This document shows, in pieces, positions 39,644 through 51,353 of a stretch of DNA of 64,000 bases. Under the pieces are notes generated by a model, which saw nothing but the letters and a program-made list of their open reading frames with translations, was not told the origin of the DNA and searched no databases. The stretch covers positions 33,914,001-33,978,000 of the forward strand of contig CM119373.1 in the NCBI GenBank assembly GCA_051294905.1, in the 5' to 3' direction. Position 1 is the first letter of the stretch. Each line of letters begins with the position of its first letter. The position numbers and the translations under genes are program-made. Origin of the DNA: Botryllus schlosseri. Its lineage: Eukaryota.

Positions 39644-39961
39644 GTGCCACATACATTAGTTTTTCTGTTTTTTTTTATAATGGAGGAAGCTTGTCCAGTG
39701 TATATCATTTCAATGCATGTCATCACGCATTCAGGATCTGAATGCTTTATCGTAACCGTTCCCAGCTGGTTCTCTTTCGTGTCATGATTGAGCATAGGTG
39801 GCAAAATATTCAGAACTTACGGCGATGACGCACTTGTAGACAGCGATCTCCTTTTTCCAGGCTTTGATAATGAAGTCACTTCTGTTACTTCTGAACTCGT
39901 CAAATTTTGATAGAATGTCGAGGGCATGATCCGCCTTCTCAACATTCAGATGATGTTCCAT
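39644..39961 (-). pseudogene. BTB-Kelch K7, 5' fragment only
   Basis: ORFs 39782..39985 and 39571..39804 give a frameshifted BTB; homology stops at ~39645. Confidence 0.8.
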
Positions 39962-40521
39962 CACAGTTGACCGGTTTACAGCCAAAATATATAGTTCACT
40001 CAGAAATTTAGAAAATTATCTCTATATGTAACAACATACACATGGTGAGTATAGTTGTAATACATTTATGCAATGATATCATCACATTACTAACATTTGG
40101 TAGGAAACATAATGTAATCATGCATGTCAGCAAAGAGTGATATCCTGGGGCTTATGTGACAGGAGACAGAATTAGATGCACAAATTCAATATTACAGAGC
40201 CAAGCACATTTTTGGTTGCAATAAAATCGAAGAAAAAATCCCGCTACTGGGAAAGTAAAAACATTACATAAAATCACAATCTCCAACTTCAGATGAAGAA
40301 TATTTATTATTCTGATTTCACGATGATGCAAACGAATATCGTGATACCACTGCTATCGGATACCGTAACCAAATTTTAATTTCCATGAAGAAGGGCATTT
40401 ATCTTACGAAAGTACATTGTTTATAAATATATGGCACCAAACAGAAGTCTCAGCAGTTGTAGCAAGGCTTACAGATAGTGATGTAAGGCAATCATGCACG
40501 TAGTGTGACAACACCTTAGAT

Positions 40522-41411
40522 CAGTGGTTATTAACCGGGGGTCAGCAAAGCATTTTCAGGGGGTCCGCGAAACCTCAAAGTTTGTAAAATGATTGATAAC
40601 CTAATTTTTATTTTTTTAAATTAGTGGTGTGAGACAGTTTCGCTTAATGATTGCTAAAACATTAGGACTTTCATCATTACAATGGTCGTCTGAGATGAAA
40701 TATCCGACTGTGCAAACTAATTGTCATTGTCAAATTGCTAATAGCCTGTCTATGCAAACATATTGTTGTTTAGAGATGTTTTGTTGGGGCTAGCGGAAAT
40801 GTTGGACATGTCAAACAGGGCAACTTCGAAATCTTTGCAAAAATTCTGGATTCGTCAGTCTCAGCAAATTAGTAAACAGTCGTTTGAAATAGAAATTCCT
40901 GACTTTCTTTCCTAATCTGTCCCAATGAAGGAATCGTAACCTCGCCGCGAAATCCATTTTCTCCAGCGATATGACCACTGAATAACTTCAAGATGAGATG
41001 CTAGATAGAAATGACTAGGCTGGAAGTGATCTGTTGTTCATTAAAAAATCACACCAAAAGCTGTCGTCGGACGCGTTACACGTTAATATGACATTCTCCC
41101 CCAATATAGCCTATCTTTTTGGGAATGGATTTTCGATCGGCACTCGTTCATATCAAATCGAAGACGCGGGTTTTCACGACAACCGTTACAGCTGCTAAAT
41201 TCGCTTCGAAATAATAAATGTCTCCTCAATTTTTATACATATCGCGTCCGTGTGACGTTATTTCCGAGAAAATTCATATTGGGGCTGTTTATCACTAGCC
41301 TACAATTAGTATTTGTACAAGAGAGATGACGGTTGCACGATGATTAAGCTAATTTTCAATGAAAACTTGAGGGGGTCCGCGAAGGTCCGTGACAGTCCAA
41401 AAGGGGTCCGC
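40522..41411. mobile_element. Decayed hAT-type non-autonomous element
   Basis: Starts CAGTGGTTATTAACC; GGGGTCCGCGA subterminal motifs at both ends; right TIR missing. Confidence 0.5.
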
Positions 41412-41945
41412 AAATACTGTTGTATGCAAAGATGAGTTTGGTCATGAAGGAATATTAACATCGACAGGTATTGAAATGAAAAATATATTGGACAGAATAT
41501 TTATCCAACAATTTCGTCGTATTAGTGGCAAATGGATAAAAGAGGAAAGTAGGCCTTTTCGTACATGCCAGCGAGGGTAAATATTTTTGGGGCTCTACAA
41601 ACTTGATTTATACACCAATTAAACAGAGATGGAGAATACATTTCATGTTTTAAATGCATGAATAATTGAACATAATTGATCTTATACATCGGGTCAGAGA
41701 AGATATCATTGTTAGCACAAATTGAAGCGTGCATAGCCGACTGCATTTTGGGTTTTGATGAAGTCCAAGAAAAAGTCCACGCATTCTTCTAAAGTAATGA
41801 AATGCAACGTATAACAAAACCACAGTTAACTGACAGAGAACTAAAGGAAACAGCCATGCTTTCTCGCATGATGTATACAGTGTCAGGGGCAATCTATATG
41901 CAAAATAACGAATTTCAATATTTGATTCGTTGACGTTTTGTGGTG

Positions 41946-43595
41946 TCACAAGATAATTGCCGCGGCATGGATTTCTTGATTCAGAGATGCCAAGTCACCA
42001 TTATCCAGGCCTATCAACGTACTCAGAAAATTACTTATGGGATTGAACTCGAGGATACTATGGCACGGCAGCATATCATCATAGGATCCACCACATATGT
42101 ATATCTTTCCGCCGATACAATAAGTACTTGAATTTACCCGCTTCAATTTGGGTTCTTGTACTGGAATGATCGTCCAAATACTTTCATCACTGGGTAGCAG
42201 AAGAATGTCGTTGACATACTCATAGTTCACAGTTATTCCACCAAGAAGGTAGATGGTCTTATTATGTGTACATGCACTTGCATAAGCTCTCTCAACTGGT
42301 AATGATGGTCCAGCTAACCAAGTAGATGTTGAAAAATTGAAACATTCCACATCCAGAGCAAAGTCTCCCACATATGAATGAAAACCACCAACTGCATGAA
42401 GTTTATCATGAGATATAGTGCAAGAAGACGAATGCACAATGGATTGCTTGTTGGGAAGCTTCGACCACTTGTTATTGATTGTGTCATATTGGGCAAAAGG
42501 CTCCATCATAGAATCATTTGCTAAATAAAATTTATCTAGTGTACGTGCAACTACACAAAAGTAGCTAGGGTATGCACTCTCAAGTTTTCTCCAGGGCGAA
42601 TCACTTTCAAGAAAATTACGTCGGTACAAATGAGAATTGTCATCAATGACGTATATGTAGCAGTCCATCACAACTACTGCGTTGAAATCTCTCATACTAT
42701 CTTTATAATGGAAATGCCGTCGCTCTGTTAAAGACTTTTTGTCCATGTCAAACCACATAAGACGAGAAACTTCCTCATTCGCCATTATAATATTAGGAGT
42801 ACAGTCTCCTTTGTAATCACTGGCTTCTACATCTGATTTCTCAGGTAGTGACTTCATGATGTACGTCATGCATTCGGTGGATTTGGCAACAGCTGGTTGC
42901 TGAGATAAAAATTTACGATAGTAGGCAGGAATTTTTTCCAGGTCGATGTGCTTCAGTAAATCAAAAAGTTGATCGGCGCGATCCAAGTTGTCATTGACCC
43001 AAATCATTGACGCTTTGCACTTGACAACATCCAACACATTCAAATCTTCGGAGGAAATCAAATACTCCAGGAAATCGAATTCAAGTTCAATGAAATCGTC
43101 CGTTTTCATGATCAAATGAAAGTGATAGAGAGCAAAATCTCTACATGCTTGCTGTAATTGTTGACAAAAATACTTATCAGCAATATACATGGAATCAAAA
43201 AACGAGTCTACATCAAGATTTTTCTCCAGGAAAAGCGACATTGCATCGCATACTTTATCAATTCCAAACAAATGCACCACATACATTAGTTTTTCCGTTT
43301 TTCGAATCAGAAAAGAAGCTTGTCCAGTGTACATGATTTCAATGCAGGTCATCACACATTCGGGATCTACATGCTTCAAATCAACCATTCCCAACATGTT
43401 CTCTTTTGTGTCGTGATTGAGCATCTTAGCAAAATACTCAGAGCTTGCGGCAATGACGCACTTGTGAACGTGGAACTCTTTTTCTCCCACTTTGATAATG
43501 AAGTCGCAATACTGTTGATTGATTCTGAACTCGTCAAATTTCGATAGAAGGTCGAGAGCATGACCCGTCTTGCCAATATTCAGAAGATGTTCCAT
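41946..43595 (-). CDS. BTB-BACK-Kelch protein K8
   Basis: Intact ORF 41946..43598 (GTG), ATG at 43595. Confidence 0.92.
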   Translation of the reverse strand: MEHLLNIGKTGHALDLLSKFDEFRINQQYCDFIIKVGEKEFHVHKCVIAASSEYFAKMLNHDTKENMLGMVDLKHVDPECVMTCIEIMYTGQASFLIRKTEKLMYVVHLFGIDKVCDAMSLFLEKNLDVDSFFDSMYIADKYFCQQLQQACRDFALYHFHLIMKTDDFIELEFDFLEYLISSEDLNVLDVVKCKASMIWVNDNLDRADQLFDLLKHIDLEKIPAYYRKFLSQQPAVAKSTECMTYIMKSLPEKSDVEASDYKGDCTPNIIMANEEVSRLMWFDMDKKSLTERRHFHYKDSMRDFNAVVVMDCYIYVIDDNSHLYRRNFLESDSPWRKLESAYPSYFCVVARTLDKFYLANDSMMEPFAQYDTINNKWSKLPNKQSIVHSSSCTISHDKLHAVGGFHSYVGDFALDVECFNFSTSTWLAGPSLPVERAYASACTHNKTIYLLGGITVNYEYVNDILLLPSDESIWTIIPVQEPKLKRVNSSTYCIGGKIYICGGSYDDMLPCHSILEFNPISNFLSTLIGLDNGDLASLNQEIHAAAIIL

Positions 43596-44149
43596 CACCG
43601 TTGACCAGTGAGTGTATAACCAAAATATATAGCTAGATCAAAAGCTTTAGAATAATATCTGTAACTTTAAGATCATACACGTGGTGAGTCTAGTTGTAGC
43701 ATATTCATGCAACGATATCATCAAATTCCTAACGCAAGGATATATGAGAAAATGTACTCATCGTCAGCGAGGAGTGATAGCACAAGTAACCTAAACCTAG
43801 GACTATTTGAGTATTGAAAAAAGTACTACATTCCACAGTCCACACAAACTCAAAATATTCTACAACTGTAAAACTACGACAATACAGAATTCATGTTGAT
43901 TTGGTTTACGACATCAAGACTACGCCTTACCTATAAGTTAAAACCGTTATGTAAAACAATGACATCCAACTTGCAAATTGCATGCAAATTGGCATATTCT
44001 AAATCAGAAGTGAAGTAGATGACCAAAAAATATTATCCAGCATATTTATTATAGACATGCATATAGATTCCCCATGACATCCCAATTCCGGTTCAATTCC
44101 GTTAAATTGAAGTGTAAATATAACAAGGTAATCCTTCCATACTCAAAAG

Positions 44150-44388
44150 TTACTTTGTGTTAAAATGGACCTGCATGTGGTTCCTCGAACAGGAACTTCT
44201 GACGAATAACTTGCCGCATATTTCACACCCATAATCTTTCACGTTCAAATGGCTCTTGATATGTTGCCTCGGGGAATGTTTTTGAACGAACGCTTGACCA
44301 CACTTTCGACATATGAAATCTTTCATATCCAGATGAATACGCATATGCCGATTCAAAGAACATTTTTGGTTAAATGAAAGGTTGCATC
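44150..44388 (-). pseudogene. ZNF Z6, last three fingers only
   Basis: CNLSFNQKCSLNRH...HFNTK; joined out of frame to K9 BACK sequence at ~44388. Confidence 0.8.
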
Positions 44389-44783
44389 CAGGTTCATTAC
44401 ATCATAAAGTTGATTGGAACGATCCAAGTTGTCGTTGAACCAAATCATAGAGGCTTTGCACTTGATAACATCCAACACATTCAAATCTTCAGAGGAAACA
44501 AATACTCCATGAAATCGAACTCAAGTTCTTTGACATAGGCCGTTTTCATGATCAAATGAAAGTGATCGCGAGCAAAATTTCTGCATTCTTGCTGTAATTG
44601 TTGACAAAAATACTTATCAGCAATATGTCAAGATCTTTCTCCAGAAAAAGTGAAATGGCATCGCATACTCCATTAATTCCAAACAATTGCGCCACAAACA
44701 TTAGTTTTTCCGTTTTTTCGAATCAGAAAAGAAGCTTGTCCAGTGTATACATGATTTCAATGCAGGTCCAGAAGATGCTCCAT
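44389..44783 (-). pseudogene. BTB-Kelch K9, multiply deleted fragment
   Basis: K3-like start fused to the BTB end (tgcaggtc|cagaagatg), second deletion at ~44626, ends in BACK. Confidence 0.8.
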
Positions 44784-46669
44784 CACAGTCGACTAGTTCC
44801 GAGTCAACCCAAAATATGTAGCTAATTCTAAAACTTTGAGATAGGACACCAAATTCCGATTCTGAAAAATCATACACATGGTCAGTACAGTCGTGTGCAA
44901 GAACGAGTTTGGTCTTGAAGGTATACGAATATTGGCCAGAATCGAAATTGAAAATAGCTTGGACAGTATATTTCAACAATACTTTCATCATTTTCCTTAC
45001 AATTGAATACGAGAGAAAGTATATTCAAAGATGTCAGCGGAAAACAATATCTTAAGGCTTTATAAATTTGAACATGAGTGATCGGGTCACGGTAGATACT
45101 ATTAGTTGCACAAATGAAAACCTACAGAGCAATGCACATTCTGTGATTGATGAAATCTAAGAAATGTCAATGCCTTGTTGTGCGGTATGTAATAAAATTC
45201 AGGAATACACAGTTGATCCAAAATAGAGAAATTTGAATAAAATTTGGCTAGCACTGAAAATAACGGCTGAACACAATGATTGGAGTACTCAAATCGTAAT
45301 CGAGTATTAATTATATTGATTTGAGTCGAGTTGAAGATAAAATTGCTTCCGGCACTGAAATTACGTGTTCCTAGCCCCTATGAGTAATTTATCAGCAGGA
45401 ATTATAGTTTTAATAGTGGATGTGAGATATTTATGAAGTCACGATCATGATCAACTCACACCACTGCCAAAAAGTGCAATGAAACAGGCATGGTAGAAAA
45501 ATACCGTCTTTGATGTGATGTAGAGCTGGCATTGTATTTTTGCAGTCGCAAGAAATGTACATATTTCAATTTTTCACGTCATTCATACTGCTGTGATATA
45601 ATTATCAATGATACTTGAATACTCGACTCAGCGCCTGATGCTCGATTCAGAATGACAGGCGCTCGATTCAGAATGGGATCATTCAAGGACTAAATTTCGC
45701 TCAGCCATACTGACCAGGTATGTGACGGTACGAGAAATGCAAAAACGCTACAACGAAATCAATCCTAAATCATAAATGCAGTACTCAAGGCCATCATTAG
45801 TTCTTGTTTGCAAACAGCTGAATTTTAGGAGAAGCCAGCAAAAAAGGAATCCAAACCCACGTACTGCAAGATCAGCGATGTAACCGATCATTTGCTGTGG
45901 CGAACGAAACAAATATTGAAAACCTTCCGGACATTTAATCTGAGCTTTTGGTATGTTTGTTCATACAGAGTAACATTTTGATGGGCTCAAAATATCACGC
46001 GAGTCCAAAACTACCAAATCAAGAGTAATGCGAAATGAAGGGTTAAATAGTTAAAATCATATGGGCTTACGGATAGTGAATCAAAGAATGGAGGAAGAGC
46101 CATCCACACCAGTTTACAAAATCACAGATAACGGACGGAAAACTGAAGGCAGGAGCCATGCTTTCTCGCAAGTTGTATACAAAATCAGGGGCAAGCTATA
46201 TGCAAAATCACGAATTTTAGAATTTGATCCGTTAACGTTTTGTGGCGTTACAAGATAATTGCCTCTGCATAGAATTCATGCATATTCAAGTCATGGCTAT
46301 TCAAGTCCATCACAGTCCTCAACAAATTAGTTTTGGGATTGAACTCGAGGATACTTTTGCAGCGACTCGGCATCATTTCACCATGGGATCCATCACATAC
46401 GTATATCTTTCCGCCAATGCAATAAGTACTTAAATTTGAACCCTCCAATTCGGGTCCTTGTACTGGAATTATCGTCCAAATACTTTCATCACTGGGTAGC
46501 AGAAAAATGTCGTTGACATACTTATAGTTCACAGTTCTTCCACCAACAAGGTAGATGGCCTTATTATATGAACATGCACTTGCCATAGCTCTCTCAACGG
46601 GTAATGATGGTCCAACTGTCCAAGTAGACGTTGAAAAGTTGAAACATTCCACATCCAGCGCAAAGGTTG

Positions 46670-46976
46670 TGTCATCTCCAAGTAGAGACTTATGAAGAAT
46701 GTGATTGGAGTAGGCTGACTCTGGATCTCCTCTCTCAACTGGTACGAAACAAGAACTCCAAATGGACGAATATCTTATTAAAATACCGTTGAAAAATTGC
46801 TGGTAATATCCTGGTAAGACCAAATACTCCAGTAAATAAACAATAAATGAACAGACCAACAACAACAAAACAAAGCTGGCTACTTTCACCACGTCGCTCA
46901 CGAAATGAGTGCACGTGCGCTCCAAAGCAGTCCAAGTGGTGAGTGAGCCATAGAGAAAATAATATCCACCGTGACA
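46670..46976 (-). repeat. 3' LTR (307 bp)
   Basis: Direct repeat of 49722..50028; 3 differences by eye. Confidence 0.93.
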
Positions 46977-47199
46977 TAGCCGGCCCTGTGACGAACTGTA
47001 AACTGCCAAAGCAATTACATGGAGTCACAATAACTGATGAGCGGTGGTAATGAATGTTAACAAAATGTAAAAATACACAGGGTGGTTGTACGAATATGAA
47101 CTTACGAATATTATGTTCGTAGGTTCTACTTACAGTACAAAACCTGACTCTCCTGACCAAGCCATTACAGTCACGAAGCATGATTAGGATACAATAAAG

Positions 47200-47640
47200 G
47201 GTTGCCTTATCGACATAAGTACGTCGCAGGCAATTATTATGCGAACACAAAATTGTGCAATATCAGGAGCACAAGTGTCTCCAAAGATGTGAGAAGTCAT
47301 CTAAGTCAGATCTGCTGCCCATGGACATTCAAGTATTCAAAATCGACATAATGCCCCAATGAGCGATGAATTAGAAGTGAATTGACAATTAGGATTAGTA
47401 AAATTGACATTAAATGCAGAAGAAATAGTGTCTCATGACATTTTCAACAATAACAGAAGTCTTGTTATTGCAATCAAGGAAATTAACCTCAGTGGAATAC
47501 ACCTAATTTGTTCGAAGGGTTTTGTCACAACCCATAAAAGAGTGGCCAAGTTATCATGAAGTAACTGCTGACTTCGTAATCCAGGTAACACATAAGAACT
47601 TGTTACCAATAATACAGTAAAAATCATTTACATCAACAAT
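47200..47640 (-). pseudogene. Decayed pol (RT) remnant
   Basis: MTSHIFGDTCAPDIAQFCVR resembles BEL RT HLFGAxSSP; RRTYVDK is a degenerate YVDD; stops and frameshifts. Confidence 0.6.
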
Positions 47641-47785
47641 TGGGTGGACATTGGACACGTCCTTCAGGTATCATTGTGCATAATGTGCATGTGCATTGTG
47701 CAACAATGTCTGCGCTTGGGGGTAGATTTTCAATCACAGGAAAGTGACAAGTAGCTAATACATCATTCAAGTTGATGCCTGTGCT

Positions 47786-49684
47786 TTACCCGATTCCTTT
47801 AACGGATATGGGCACAAATTTAGGCTGGCGGGGAAGGATGGCAGCGGTATTCATTAAATAAGTCAGCGGTTCACCACTGATAACCAATTGGTTTAGGAAA
47901 AAGAAAGTACACAGGCAGTTGGTAGCCCCAGTGATAAGGAATGCACATGTAATAAAACCGGTAGAAGCTACCAGACAGGTGATTATCACAAAAGGTGTAG
48001 ACAGATGTGTCACCAGACAACTTATCTCGGCAATTGCAGGAGATAGAGCCGTAACCGTGTTGTTCTCAGCAACAACAATCGATTTAGGATATAACGAACA
48101 TTTGTATGCGTCATGTAATAAAGTGCTTTGAGCACAGCCACATCCATGAATTTTCCAATGACATGTGGATGGGTAATAATTGGGATCATGATCACAGAAT
48201 AAGCAATTACGGCGTAACAGACTCTCTTCTGCGGATCCATGACGCTGCTGAACTTGCATCTTTTGGATGTCTTCAAAGTTGAAGAGAGGATGAAGATCTT
48301 GACACAGGATACATGATGAACGTAGCTCCTTTTCAGCGACATATCGATGCATCGAGCTTGAATCCATAGATGTAGTATTCACCTCTATTGCAGTTTTGCG
48401 CGGATTCTTTGAGTACTTCTTGTGCGGTACGCTTAGATCAACATCTTTGGGTTCAAGTGAACAATAAAATTCATTGTTGACCGGACCAAATGGTGACCGA
48501 GTCAATGCTGTTTTCTTCTTGACAAATTCAACGAAATCGTTGGAATTTGGATTAACACTGGCTTCATCCTGGTGACTTCGAGGGAATGAAGGTGTAACAG
48601 GGTATTGAGCAGAATGTAGCAACTCACTATTGTTAGTGGTAACAGTTGCAGAGTTCGTAGAACTATCAATGGACATTTCACAAGTGTGAAAGCCTCGATT
48701 AAATTTGGTCGCATCAGCCGGCCCATTACGGGTGGCCGAGTAGTGAATATCAGAGGAAATTTTTTGTGGCACAGCTGGCCCATTATAGGCTTCTGAGTAA
48801 CGGAAACTGAATGGCGAATCTTGTTGCACAGCCGGCCCATTACAGGGGACTGAGAATCGGTAACATGATGAAATAACTGGTTTCACAGCCGACCCATTAC
48901 AGGGGGCTGAGAATTGGAAATTTGATGTCTTGTCTGACAACGAACATTCTTCAACGCAAGTAGGGCAAGTTGCGAAAGTTTGACATTGCGTGGGAATGGC
49001 CAGAGTATTGAGAAAGTCTTCTGTGAGTGGTTTATCATTATTAGCATTGCCAACTGGCAGTCCTTTGTTGAGAGTGTCATTACTATCCAAGCCGCAGCAA
49101 CCTTTATGACTGGTCACAGAAGCTAATGATCCAAATTGTGACGAAACAATTGCTTTATACCGTTCAAGTTTTGACTGAGCACTGAAAAGTTTCCATTCCA
49201 ACCTTTTCAAATTGTCTTTCTCATGCGTCCACAATGTCTGTAAGTCGTCAAGTGACGTACTTACACTTTCAGAAGTAATAAGTTTACGGAATTTGCCATC
49301 AGCAATATTCTTTGTATATAGACACAGGTCATGAAATGACGAAATACTGTCCAATATTGATTGGGCATCGACACTGCCCTCGGTTATCTTGTCTTTGATA
49401 CCGGTAGTAAGATTGTTCAACTGGGTATTGACTCGATGAAATGTCTCGTCAAGACTGTCTTTTGCAGCCAGAACAGTTCGGGGAGTAGCTCCACTCAAAC
49501 ATTTAGTAAAGTAGGCATCGGCAGCGTGGAAGTCCCTTGCTAGACCGGCCAAAATATTGTCAGTGACTTGCATATCGAAGCCTCTGACTGTAATCGCCTT
49601 ATAGGCATTAGGGTCTCTTCTTGGACCAAAAGTAATAAGATTGACTTGCGTATCGAAGTCTTTTACTGTAGATGGAGGATCCAT
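47786..49684 (-). CDS. gag: BEL/Pao Gag-like protein
   Basis: ORF 47786..49705, first ATG 49684; CILCQDLH...CLFC...C...CGCAQSTLLH knuckle cluster typical of BEL/Pao. Confidence 0.78.
   Translation of the reverse strand: MDPPSTVKDFDTQVNLITFGPRRDPNAYKAITVRGFDMQVTDNILAGLARDFHAADAYFTKCLSGATPRTVLAAKDSLDETFHRVNTQLNNLTTGIKDKITEGSVDAQSILDSISSFHDLCLYTKNIADGKFRKLITSESVSTSLDDLQTLWTHEKDNLKRLEWKLFSAQSKLERYKAIVSSQFGSLASVTSHKGCCGLDSNDTLNKGLPVGNANNDKPLTEDFLNTLAIPTQCQTFATCPTCVEECSLSDKTSNFQFSAPCNGSAVKPVISSCYRFSVPCNGPAVQQDSPFSFRYSEAYNGPAVPQKISSDIHYSATRNGPADATKFNRGFHTCEMSIDSSTNSATVTTNNSELLHSAQYPVTPSFPRSHQDEASVNPNSNDFVEFVKKKTALTRSPFGPVNNEFYCSLEPKDVDLSVPHKKYSKNPRKTAIEVNTTSMDSSSMHRYVAEKELRSSCILCQDLHPLFNFEDIQKMQVQQRHGSAEESLLRRNCLFCDHDPNYYPSTCHWKIHGCGCAQSTLLHDAYKCSLYPKSIVVAENNTVTALSPAIAEISCLVTHLSTPFVIITCLVASTGFITCAFLITGATNCLCTFFFLNQLVISGEPLTYLMNTAAILPRQPKFVPISVKGIG
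48715..48930 (-). repeat. 4 x 57-bp (19-aa) tandem repeat inside gag
   Basis: CAGCCGGCCCATTA-like units at 48715, 48772, 48829, 48886 (SAPCNGSAV, SVPCNGPAV, SEAYNGPAV, SATRNGPAD). Confidence 0.85.
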
Positions 49685-49721
49685 AACGAAGTTAATGGAA
49701 TACACTCAATTTTTCAACCTT

Positions 49722-50028
49722 TGTCGTCTCCAAGTAGAGACTTATGAAGAATGTGATTGGAGTAGGCTGACTCTGGATCTCCTCTCTCAACTGGTACGAA
49801 ACAAGAACTCCAAATGGACGAATATCTTATTAAAATACCGTTGAAAAATTGCTGGTAATATCCTGGTAAGACCAAATACTCCAGTAAATAAACAATAAAT
49901 GAACAGACCAACAACAACAAAACAAAGCTGGCTACATTCACCACGTCGCCCACGAAATGAGTGCACGTGCGCTCCAAAGCAGTCCAAGTGGTGAGTGAGC
50001 CATAGAGAAAATAATATCCACCGTGACA
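49722..50028 (-). repeat. 5' LTR (307 bp)
   Basis: Direct repeat of 46670..46976. Confidence 0.93.
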
Positions 50029-51353
50029 GGTTGTATGATATGCATCAAAACCACCAATTACATGAAGTTTATCCTGAGATATAGTGTAGGCAGACAAACA
50101 CAATCTGGATTGCTTGTTGGGAAGCTTCGACCACTTGTTATTGATTGTGTCATATTGGGCCAAAGACTCAAGATATGAAAAATATAATATACCGGGCTTA
50201 CGTGCAACTACAGTGTTGTATCCAAGAAATGCAGGTTCAAGTTTTCTCCAGGGTGAATCATTTTCAAGAAAATTACGACAGTACAAATCCCACTTTTCAT
50301 CAACGACATATATGTAGCAGTCCATCACAACTACCACGAGAAATGGCCTCAAACTAACTTCAGCATTGAAATGTCGCTGCTCTGTCAAAGACTCTCTGTC
50401 CATGTCAAACCACATAAGACGAGAAACATCCTCATTCACTATTATAATATTCGGAGTACAGTCACCTTTGTAATCACTGGCTTCTACATCTGACTTCTCC
50501 GGTAGTGACTTCACGATGTGCATCATGCATTCGGTGGATTTAGCAACAGTTGGTTGCTGAGATAAAAATTTACGATAGTAGACAGGGATTTTCTCCAGGT
50601 CGATATACTTCAGTAATTCAAAAAGTTGATCAGCGCGATCCAGATCCTCATTCACCCAAATCAATGACGCTTTGCACTTAATAACATCCAACACATGCAA
50701 ATCTTCAGAGGATATCAAATGCTCGAGGAAATCGAACTCAAGTTCCTTGAAATCAGCAGTTTTCATGATCGAATGAAAGTGATCACGAGCAAAACTTCTG
50801 CATGCTTGCTGTAATTGTTGACAGGAATATTTATCGGCAATACTTCTGGTGTCGAAAAACGAGTCCACGTCAAGATTTTGATCCAAGAAAAGCGACATTG
50901 CATCGCATACCTTATTAATTCCAAACAAATGCGCCACATACATTAGTTTTTCCGTTTTTCTAATCAGAAAAGACGCTTGTCCCCGGTACATGATTTCAAT
51001 GCAGGTCATCACACATTCAGGATCTACTTGCTTTAAATCAACCATTCCCAACATGTTCTCTTTTGTGTCGTGATTGAGCATCTTAGCAAAATACTCAGAA
51101 CTTGCGGCAATGACGCACTTGTGAACAGAGATCTCCTTTTCTCCCACTTTTATAATGAAGTCGCAATACTCTGTTGATTGATTCTGAACTCATCAAATTT
51201 CGATAGAAGGTCGAGGGCATGGCCCGACTTGCCAATATCCAGAAGATGTTCCATCACAGTTGACTAGTTTATAGCCAAAATATATACCTCACTCGAAAAC
51301 TTTAGAATAATATCCGTAGCCTAACTGTAACATCATACACAAGGTGAGATTAG

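Larger units (their letters stand above)
46670..50028 (-). mobile_element. BEL/Pao-type LTR retrotransposon, internally deleted (3359 bp)
   Basis: Two 307-bp TGT...ACA LTRs; 5-bp TSD GGTTG (46665-69, 50029-33); gag zinc knuckles; decayed RT motifs. Confidence 0.92.
46248..51254 (-). pseudogene. BTB-BACK-Kelch K10 interrupted by an LTR retrotransposon
   Basis: 5' part 50029..51254, 3' part 46248..46669; also a 2-bp insertion (ctct) at ~51170. Confidence 0.88.

Noticed and set aside
46248-47009. 253-aa ORF (and 477-aa ORF 49714..51147) as standalone genes
   Set aside because: Chimeras of LTR and the interrupted K10; covered as a finding.
49600-49625. TGGTCCAAGAAGAG as a primer-binding site
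   Set aside because: About 100 bp from the LTR and inside the gag frame; tRNA complementarity cannot be verified.
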